DNA from: Octopus sinensis
Lineage: Eukaryota
DNA: 64,000 nt
Direction of reading: 5' to 3'
Assembly: GCF_006345805.1 (NCBI RefSeq)
Contig: NC_043003.1
Location: 46,314,001-46,378,000, forward strand
Shown here: positions 53,560 through 64,000 of the stretch, piece after piece
How positions within the stretch are numbered: position 1 is the stretch's first letter
Layout: every line of letters starts with the position of its first letter
Made by a program: the position numbers and the translations under genes
The notes under the pieces: generated by a model
The model's database searches: none
The model's input: only the letters and a program-made list of their open reading frames with translations
What the model was told of the DNA's origin: nothing

Positions 53560-54492
53560 AAATATTACAGAAGTAAGTTTAAGACATTTCAATTTAAGAG
53601 AGAATTTCATATAAATGATTTAACACAAATGTGACTGCTTAAAGGAATTTTCCTTCTGCTTTTGTCTTGGATCTGTTGGTGATGGGTCACCATTCTGTTG
53701 TGTAAGGATCTGCCAGTCTGACCAATGTAATTATGTTGGCAACCATTATATGTGATTACGTAGATCAGGTTTTCCGCGTTGCAGTTTTGATTTGACTTGA
53801 CTTTGAAGGTTTGGCCATCTTTGAATTGAAATTCTGGCTCCTCAAATAGGTAACGGCAAGTGCTGAGTTCGTTCTCCTACATTTTGTGACTGTCGTGTTG
53901 GGGGTTTCTTTGTGTGTATTAGCTCCAGTGAGAATGAGTTTTAGTGTTGGGCTGCCTTTTTCTTTTGTTGATTTGTTGTTTTTCTAAGATTTTTCTAATT
54001 TTTTAATCTGGAAATAACATGGGGAGGTTTTCGTGGATGTGATCGAAAATTTTGATGTTCCTGAGGTTGAAGGTTGACACTTTCCCAAGTTGTTTATTCT
54101 GTTGGTGATTATAGCAGGAGGGAAGGCTCTTTAGTCTTTGGTTACGTTTGGATGGTTCTGATACTATGGTACAAATTCGTTTTGTCAGGTTTAAGGGAAT
54201 CTTAAGTTTCGGGTGTTTCGGGTGACATGATGTGAAAAGAAGGTACTGTTTGAGGCCACTGGTTTTGTAGAATATGCCTGTTCCTATTTTCCAATTTTGG
54301 TTTTTGATTAGGATATTCAGAAAAGCAAGTTCTTTGGGGTTAAACTCCATTGCGAAATGGATGTTATTCCTGTGGTTGCTTATCATGTTTTTGAATTCAG
54401 TTAACTCGTCAATATTTTCCTGCCATAAAATAAAGCAATCGTCCAGGTATCTTTTCCAATTGTTTCTGAGTTGGGTATGGAACGTGTCACCA
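53560..54492 (-). mobile_element. Penelope-like element remnant: RT C-terminus, thumb and GIY-YIG endonuclease
   Basis: WKRYLDDCF (YLDD 54438-54449), FAMEFN..LAFLNI..YKT..QYLLFTSCHPKH..IP, then NLIYVI..YIGQTGRSLHNRM..H (LIY 53760-53768, YIG 53721-53729). Confidence 0.92.
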
Positions 54493-54516
54493 AATATATA
54501 TATACATATACATATT

Positions 54517-54572
<56 letters not shown>

Positions 54573-55865
54573 TGTGTAATTTTCCTTTAACCGCAGAGAT
54601 TGTTCTCGTCACTGAAATGTGTAATGTTAATTCATATTCCTTGTTTGACCACACCAAATTTAGAGGCGCCCACATTGTTATCATGTTGTCATGTATTTTG
54701 TAATTATGTATGGATGTGTATGTGTGCACGCGCGCAGTGTATGTGTGAGTTTGTGTGCGAGCGTGCGAGTATTGAATGTAGGTTTGTGTGTATCAATGTG
54801 TCTGCCACATAAAAATTTATCATATCAGCCTTACTCAAAATCCATCGAAGACAAAAGAGTGTTGAAGGATGAAGCCGCTTAGACCTTCTATTGTTCTCTT
54901 GACTTAATAGAAATAACAGGCAAGACACTGTTCTATCAAACCATACAGTCTTATAACTTTGATGAAACCTGAGTGACGCACGCAAATGAAACCGCGAATG
55001 ATTGGATATCATCGGACAGTTAACCAATATCAACTAGAAGAGAACTAGCAGAGCAGAAACGCTATGTTAAGTTCAAAGCTTTAAGGTTCTTATTTGATCC
55101 CTGATCAACAGTGTGCATATTTATGATGAGTAGTAATCGAATATCTAGTTAATAATTACTGAACAGTTTAATTTAATTAAAATTTCAGGTACACAGAAAC
55201 TTGCTATAGCAAGTAAATTAATCACTAGAGTAACGAGTTTTCTTTAATTAGAATTACTGACGAACGCATAGGCTAATTAGAGAAACGTAGGTTTAGTTAC
55301 GTGCTGTATGATAGTTTTGCGCAGAGGATATGAAAATAGCTAAATTAATCTAATCCTTTTCTGAATCACAATTAACTAATGATTATTACCTCTACTTTGA
55401 CTATGTTACTGATCTAACGATAGCAAGCATTCACAACCAATCATTTGTTTAGCCCACATGTACTCTACTTCCTGCTAAAACTATTTACCCATAGTACAGG
55501 CATAAAGATAGATGGTATGGAACAATGTTGTAAAATACTTTGTCTTCTGATGCAATGCGGCGCTGCTGAATGCATATTGAACGCTTTTCGAAATGTTGGC
55601 TATCCACAGACTAAAATTTTTTTCCGTATAGATTACTCTGCAATAAAGAAACAGTTTGTAGAATATCATATAATTTCCTTAGTTCATGCATCAGTAAAGA
55701 AATTCGCTAATTCTCTTAATAGAATACTAATGATACGATAAGTTTAATTTAGATACTAATAAAACGATAAGTTTAGAAAAAGAAATTTTCATTGTGAAAT
55801 TATAAAGTATAAAGTATGAATTTTATTGAGACTCGGAACACTTCAATTATTCTTTTCTGGCACTC

Positions 55866-55918
<53 letters not shown>

Positions 55919-57164
55919 ACACACATACACACACACATACATACACACATACGTACTATGTACTACATACACACATATATACATACACATATACACACAT
56001 GTACATACATACATACATGCACACAACTACTACTACTGCTACTGCTACTGCTACAACTACTACTGCTACAACTACTACTACTACTGTTTCCGTTGCAGAA
56101 TACGTGAACAGCACATTCTTTCATGTCAATGAAAACAATATGGCTGGTGTTATCTAATTTACTCTTTCAAGCGATCAAGTTCAAATAACAAAACCTTGAG
56201 TTCTCTTTTCTCTAGGGCCTACATCTTGGACGCCATGATTGTTGCTTTTTAACTTCTATTTGATAGTTTCGCCTTCAAATAATAAAAAGGGGTGTCACGA
56301 TACGAATGAAATCAATATTTACATATGACAGAGAGATAAATAAAATTGAACGTTGAAGAAGGAACCTTAAGAATTTGTGCCGTTTAAACGACATTAAACA
56401 TGGTCTATTAGAAGTGTGAATTAATATACTACTTTTAAAGAGAGATTCAGTCTAATGAAGATGTTTTGAGTTATGTATTAAGCAGAAAACTTAATGATCT
56501 GCTTCAGCTGTCAGGAAAGCCATTAGCCCAGCGAGAATTACCTTTGGAAATCTGCTATAAACTCCAGCTGCAATGATTGTTATTGTTTATAATCCAATAA
56601 TAATATTAAGAGCGTTAGGAAGATGAGAGATTTCATTGGAAACAGAGTTAAGCTTCAGCTATCTTGCTGTGCCGCACGCCGCGTTCTGAGCGGCGTTTTC
56701 AGTGTGCAGCAATACTGGAGCGCTTTTACGGCGGAATAGATTAATTTACATTGAAAACGAAAATCAAATCGTGAATGGCGGTCGAGTAATTTTATATATT
56801 GCAAATGGCATTGAATACTAATAACAGAGAATGGCCAAAATTTCATGGCGAGTTTATTCGATGCAACAACTGGGAGAATGGTGTGATGGGGATGCAGTCA
56901 AATGGTAATTTAACTGTAGCCAGCAAGAATTTAGAATTTTATTCTAATAAGAGTGATTAGTTGTGCAGAATTCAGATATTCAATTTCAATTTGAAGAATT
57001 TTGATATCGTGTTAGTCAAACGGAAAACTACCGAATTTATGGACGATATATGAGTGGATACATTATTGACTAAATTCTGTAAATATCTCTTTTACTTCAC
57101 AACACATCAACATAACTGTAACAATACCGACATTCATAAAAACGAACACATTCACTCATACACA

Positions 57165-57247
<83 letters not shown>

Positions 57248-58177
57248 CTATATATATATATGTGTATATATATATATATGTGTGTATGTATGTATGTGTG
57301 TATATATACGCACGCATCAGGTCATTGGTATTAATGGGAGAAATGATAGCAGATAGCAGATATGATACAGCTTAAAAGAAAATTTATTGCGGTATTTTGC
57401 TCTCTTTACGTTGTTTTCAAATCCCTCATGCTGAGATTAACTTTCAATGTCTTTCTTCCGGAATCGATAAAATAAGTACCAATGAAATACTGAAGTCTCT
57501 TTAGTCCACTGTACTCTTCCCAAAGCTCTATGGTTTTGCGCTCATGTTTAAAATCAATATTCTATACACAGTAATACTAACGTAAGTGTATCTCTCTATA
57601 TAACTAAAACTTTTGGATCTATGTAAAATAATAGTAAAACCACCGAAATTCAAATAAAATATATTTTAATAAGAATGTTCTAGTATTCCCTGTGAATGCT
57701 ACCTTGAATCATAAGCTACACCCCACCCTGCTCTCTGCAGATTTCAATGATCTCGATCACCTCCAATCAGTTTTTGTATCTTCATTCATCTCTTTGGCAG
57801 TTTTGTTTGCCTAGTAAATCACGCAAGCTTTCTGTTAAGGCAATTTTATTGCAACACATACAATTTTAATCAATGAAAGAAATATAGTTCACGTATAACA
57901 CACACAACACATCAAACTACTTTCACATTTCTAGATGATATGTAATATGATTTTTGTCGTAGATGTTCAAAATTTATTTCACTAGTATGTTTCGTACTCC
58001 TTTCGTATTTCATTATTTCATAAACGTCAACCTTCCTTCAAAAGTTAGAAAAGAACACATTCGATAATGTAACCACTGCTTAGACTAAAACAAACCAGCC
58101 ACAGCGTTGTGCCCAGTCTTGTTTGATATAAAATATTACATCATCGTCATCATCATAATCATCATCATCATCATTAT

Positions 58178-58395
58178 TAAGGCGGCGAATCGTCAGAATT
58201 GTTAGCACGCGGGGGAAAATGCCTAGCGGCATTTCGCCCGTCTTTACGTTCTGAGATCAAATTCTATCGAGGTCAACATTGCCTTTCGTCTTTTCGGGAT
58301 CGTTAAAATAAGTACCATTTAAGCGTTGGGGTCGACATAATCGACTTACACCTTCCCCGAAATTGCTAGCTTTGTGCCAAAATGTGAAACCATTA
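58178..58395 (+). mobile_element. SINE family B, diverged
   Basis: Head and core recognisable. Confidence 0.8.
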
Positions 58396-59789
58396 TTATA
58401 GTTGTTGTTGCTGTAGATATTATTGCGATTAACATTTGATTAAGCCAACAAAAACACAGAGGTATTGTGTTTCTTGCCTCTTTGAGGCTCAAAGTTATCA
58501 GAAAATTTTGTTTTTGAAAGATTGTTGTTTTTGTTTTTTGATTTTGTTTTACAAGAATGGCGTCGGCTTCCACATCCAGAAAATTAAGGGTGGAGCAAGA
58601 AATTACTCACAAAGACAGATGCAGTACGTGGAAGGAGAAGAAAATGATTGAAAGTTCAAAGACCAAATAATTGCACTGCTGCTACAGCGGTAAACGACAG
58701 GCTAGTAACAACAACAACACCAACACCAACAAAAGCAACAATATCATCTGCAGCGGTAGCATTGGTGGTAAAGATTGCATTAAGGAAGATGAGAAGGTAT
58801 TTTCTACGTTGGAAGGTCAAGGTTCAAAAATATTGCATCACTCCTGGGACGGCAGATGACAGGCACAATAAAAACAACGAGAGTAAACAAGAGACATCGA
58901 TTTGACAACATTAGGCCCATGACTGTTAAATCACGAGTTGAAGTTTCACTATATTAACAATATCTAATTCAACATCAGTTGAAAGTTAACTATAATAAGA
59001 ATGGTAGTATGGATGGTAGTTCGTTTAGATCTTGTGTGTGTAACACTGGTAAAGAAAATGTACGATCAACGATGTTTCGCCCTTCATGAGTTCTTCATTT
59101 CAGATATTTCCATCGCAGCTTTACCTCTATTTTTCTTTATCCTTATCAGAGGCAGTGAAGTCTTATTTGGGTCTGATTTGACTGCAATTTCTAGCAGGAC
59201 AATTGACCACGTAGAGGCATATTCATTAGCACCTTGTTGCTATAGTAACATAATGTGTTACCTCATAAGTTGCTCGGCAAACGAAACTTTTCGCACGATT
59301 CAATTGATATATTTTATTTCCAAGAGAATTATATTTTATTTGAAGCTGAAATATTATCATCAAAAATTTTCTTCTCATAACCTACAGGAATTTAGTTTCC
59401 AACAAAATGATAAGGTAATGATTATAAGTAAGAAATATTAATTAATTAATAATTCCCCTACAGTAACTTTTCCCCACTCATACCCAGAACATACACCAAA
59501 ATTACCGCAGCTGAAGCATACTACTGTTTCAATTAAATTGTTGCTATGAAATGTAAGATTCATGAGACGTACCTGAATAACCTCGCTGTAGCGACTAAAT
59601 CTAAATTCACACCCTACCCTTTTCACACGCAAGGAAACGTACACACATGAAAATAATAAATCAAAATAATAAATTGCCTTTCCTTTCAACTCAGACAATG
59701 TGTGTGTGAGCGCGCGCGCGCGCGTGTGTGTGTGTGTGTTCGTTTGTATATGTATACACACACTTTGATATAATTGGATGAGATGTTAG

Positions 59790-61900
59790 TAAATACACGC
59801 AGGTGAAAAAAATTTACATACGTGCATTTTGTCTTCTCTTGAGCACTTACTTTCTATGAAGCGGACAGAGAGGTGAACGAAGATAAAGATGACCAGCCAT
59901 CAAGGAATTGACAAAGAAATCGATAACGGAGACCCAAAGTCGGGCACCCAACCGCATAACAGCACCGTTTTTGCGTTTGGGTACTAGAGTTTGGGCCTCC
60001 GTTATAGATTTGTTTTTCAATTCCTTGTTCTCTGGTCATCTTTATCTTCGTTCACTCCTCCGTTCTCTTCATCTTAGAATGGTATTTAGCAAGGTTAAAG
60101 GATATTTCCTTTCCTAAACCTTTATGAAATCTTTTTGAGAACCAATCTGATGCTGGTTGGTTTCGCAAATCTACTCGGTATGTTGCCCAAATACGAGATC
60201 CCTAACATGTGCCCAATGTTGCTGTCATCCTCTGAATCTCCCTTGTCAATGTTCATGCCTTGCGTGCGTGCTGGAAGATAAAAACTGCCAAGGCGCCAAC
60301 AAGGTTGATGTTCTTATTCATAATGATATTACTATCTCTCCATATTTACTTCAGTACCGCTAAATCAGCCATAGCTGTGTGGTTCTTCTCAGGATTTCTG
60401 CTCTTATTTTTTTTTTATCCTTAATAACTACCGAGAGATATTTTAAGTGTTGCATTATTTCTAGCATCTGTCCTTCTAAAGTGATGTCTGATGGGATTCC
60501 ATTGTTGGCATTTGTCATAAATTTGACGTTTTTGCTACTGATTTTCATCCCAAATTTAGGAGAGGCTCTATCAAAATGGCTAGGCTAATTTAATCAATTC
60601 GTTTTCCTTTCCAGCAAGACCATCATAATGAACATAAAATCTTAAATTTATAATGTTCTTCTTTTTGATACTGAGTGTGCTCATAAGAAATGTCTACAGA
60701 GGCATTGCTCATGAAGTACTCCAGGAAGATAATGAAGAACGCGAAGCAAAGACGATAACACTGATGGAGTCCTGCGATTTCTGTACTGGTATCTTTGACA
60801 AAGAGTAATTGGATGGTAAGAATCAGCTACTGTCCCGTGCTGAATTTTTTTTATTCTGCCTCACAAAATTTGGCATAATACAAAGCATCATACCATACTC
60901 TATCGAACGACTTCTTAAAGACAAATTATATTTCATTTTGGCGTTCGAGCTATTTCTCTCGTAGAGGATGCGGATTTTAAAGAACTGTTCAGAAATGCTC
61001 GTTATTTTACGGAATCCTGTTGGTTCTTTGGCTGCTGCTTTCTGTTTGAGATTTCAATCTATTCAACATGGTCTGAGCATTACCTTCTGTCGTTGATTTT
61101 GATAATTATATACTAATTCTGACTAATTTAACGACGGCATTTTTTTTTGAGAGCCTCACTTACTGCCTCTATCTTTGTACTGAGATATTATCGACTTCAT
61201 AGTGTGATGTGTTAGTAGCATGCAAGTTCATATCTGGAACTGTCTGCAGCTTATCAAGGAGTTTTAAAAACAAAACCCAGTTGGCACATTGCCCTCTCAT
61301 TGCAAGTGTCATTACATGAAGAACCGAGGAATCCCGACTCAGGCATTTCCTACATTGGCATTTCAGTTATCCTGTATGATAAATAAATGTTTCTTGTCTG
61401 TTTAGTTGGTGAAATCTTGAGGGTCTTTACATGATTTTTTAGTATATGCAGTTATCTTATCTGTTGTTGGAGAGTAAAACCGTGCAATTGAGAAATGATT
61501 TTGTGTGCAGACGGATGGTCAAGAGCCTACCTGATACTGGTTGAAAAATTAATACTGTGTTCACTGGGATTTTGTTGAGAGGGAATCATTTGCACAGAAG
61601 TCTTCCTCTCCACTGAAGTATCGTATGATATATGTACTTCCACAGTCTGTGTTTCTTCAGTATTCTTCCATTGAATTTCACAGAATTTGGAGTGGCGCCA
61701 TTGTGACTCTTTACCTAAGTGACATAGTTTCCCATTTTGATGCAGAGTTCTTACATTCCATGTAGCAATTGTAATGTTCCCTCTGTCACAAATCATTCTT
61801 GCTGTGTCACATGTAGAACGCTCGTCACATCCGCTCTGGTAAGAGATAAACTGTACACGTGAGAACATCCGATTACTTCCAGCTGGGGAAAAACTCTTTA
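59790..61900 (-). mobile_element. RTE-clade LINE, heavily decayed
   Basis: APE start NITIATWNVRTL; post-RT segment MKISSKNVKFM..ITLEGQMLE..HLKYLS. Confidence 0.75.
59856..60072. mobile_element. MITE-like foldback nested in the RTE remnant
   Basis: gtgaacgaagataaagatgaccag/ctggtcatctttatcttcgttcac plus further complementary blocks. Confidence 0.7.
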
Positions 61901-63302
61901 TTTGTGAACATAAGGCTGTTACTGTTCAGTCTGGAATTTTCTACCATGGATAATTCACATAAGTCATTCTCTCATTGGTGCTGAGTTAACCTCAAAGCAG
62001 TTTACCAGCGTCTGGCAATTAAAGTCACATGTAACTCATGGAACAGATGAATGAGGAGCAATAATGTCTAACACCCACTTATCACTTAGCCATCGAAATT
62101 TAGAGCTCTATCCGGAGTACCAGAATACCCTACATCTTCATATACTCGCAAACACATATAAGCACGATAACAATAAAAACAAATACAGACAAGAAGAAGA
62201 AGAAGAAGAAGAAGTCGACGATGATGATGATGATGATGATGATGATGTATGTCTATATATATGCATACATTAGTACTGTATATATTTTATACATATGTAC
62301 GTCGTTCTTTATTTTTAGATCCATTCTTTATATCTCCTTTCTCTATCAATTATTGTGCGTCGCAAATAATCTTTGTCGTACGTATTATGCAACAGTTCAT
62401 CTAAAATTAGTTACGCTGTAACGTGCAACGATATTCATAAAACTCTGAGCCGTCATATTCCCTTTTGTATAAAAGTCAACTTTACAGAAATTTTGGTTTA
62501 GAATATTTCTGCCGAGCCATCATAAAAGAGTAGAGAAACGTGAATGGCAATAACATCAATCTGCAGGTGAAATTGAAGAACAAAACACGCACAAACCAGC
62601 CTTCACGACGCCTTCATTGTAAAGAAGAACTGCATCAGTCAACATAGCCTTCCAGCTAATTTAAATAGAGATTACTTTTTGCTGACGCAGATCATTACAA
62701 TTTTTCTCTGATTCTTCTGTTTTACTAAACAGAAATTTAGTGTGTTTTATAAATTGTTAATTTGTATTTCTAATGAGAATTGCTATTTATTTTGGTTTAT
62801 CAATTAACCCTTTAAGACCTGAATTATTTCATTATACAGAAAAAGAGTTGTCATGCTTTAAAATAGTTCATGCAGTGAATTAATAATGCCAACATAATCG
62901 AATCACGTGCAAAATTATACGGAGTAGACTCAGAAGTTTGGTAACAATTAGCGTTTCGAGTGTAACCAGTACAAATTTTCACGCAACACATCAAACTGCA
63001 AGTGACCCAAAAGACATGAATTCTTACGAATCTTATTTACGGATAGCTTTATTAAAGATGTTTACAATACTCATTAAATATATTGCACAGATCAAGAACC
63101 ACGGGACGAAAGAATATAATAGACTAGTGCTTCTGAAACATTTCCTTTTTTCTATGGACCCCTCTGATTCCGGCTTTACTCGAATGGATCCCCACAGCCG
63201 TATGATGTTCAAAAATTTATATCTTATTTGTATAATTGAATATTATCACAAATTGAATAAGAAAACTGTTAAAATATTTTGTGTATAGTAGAAGTATAAA
63301 TA

Positions 63303-63544
63303 TAAAGGCGGCAATCTGGCAGAAACGTTAGCACGTCGGACGAAATACTTAGTGGTATTTCGTCTGCCGTTACGTTCTGCGTACAAATTCCGCCGAGGTG
63401 GACTTTGCCTTTCATGCCTTTCGGGGTCGATAAATTAAGTACCAGTTACGCACTGGGGTCGATCTAATCGACTTTGTCAGTCATTGTTTGTCTGTCCTTG
63501 TTTGTTCCCTCTATGTTTAGCTCCTTGTGGGCAATAAAGAAATA
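63303..63544 (+). mobile_element. SINE family B with probable TSD
   Basis: AGAAGTATAA at 63290-63299 and 63545-63554. Confidence 0.88.
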
Positions 63545-64000
63545 AGAAGTATAACCTATTTATTGCAGATAAATTTTACGACTAAAATCTTATATGGATC
63601 TCCCAAGGGTCTTATGGACACCAGTTGAGAACTGCTGTAAAAGACTATATGCTTCTGTCACACATATAGTAACATTGCGTTAGTATCCAGCATCATTTAT
63701 ATACAACATTATAGGCTAGAAAGAAGTAAAACTTTTTAACATGTCAGGTTAATATTGTCAATATAATTAAGTAAAATGCTGAACGTCGGTTGTGAAAATT
63801 ACTCTTTTTATTTCAGGACTGTTTTTGACAAAATTTTCGACAAGCAGCATAAGGTTTCTTTTTACAAAACACAGTTCTTGTTTCTTTTTACAAAACACAT
63901 TTGCTGCTCTTTTCTACCTGTAATCAACGCAAGTGCCACTCACCATCATACTAGCTACATGTACGGAAACTCTCAGTGCTGTTTGTGAGTGTTCCATATT

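Noticed and set aside
55250-55300. CTGACGA..GAAACGTA hammerhead-like spacing
   Set aside because: Stems I and II do not pair.
62803-63010. piggyBac-like terminus TTAACCCTTT
   Set aside because: No matching opposite terminus or transposase found.

Overview
AT-rich, microsatellite-saturated eukaryotic DNA. The SINE families and repeat load suggest an octopus or other cephalopod genome (inference). I cannot support any intact host protein-coding gene; most ORFs in the track are translations of simple repeats. The window holds decayed retroelements: a Tx1/L1-clade LINE (1-4820, minus), a CR1-like LINE, several RTE fragments, two R4/Dong-like fragments and a Penelope-like RT + GIY-YIG remnant. 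It also holds about 20 copies or fragments of tRNA-derived SINEs. The most striking signal is at least seven loci with type I hammerhead ribozyme folds, read by eye, several with intact cores and palindromic stem III. They sit in short non-coding elements built as asymmetric inverted repeats or direct repeats, mostly next to (TA)n tracts. One is fused to a tRNA-like Pol III head. Two of these loci also share a conserved multi-hairpin RNA domain that I cannot assign to a known family. All folds and family calls were made by inspection and need computational confirmation.
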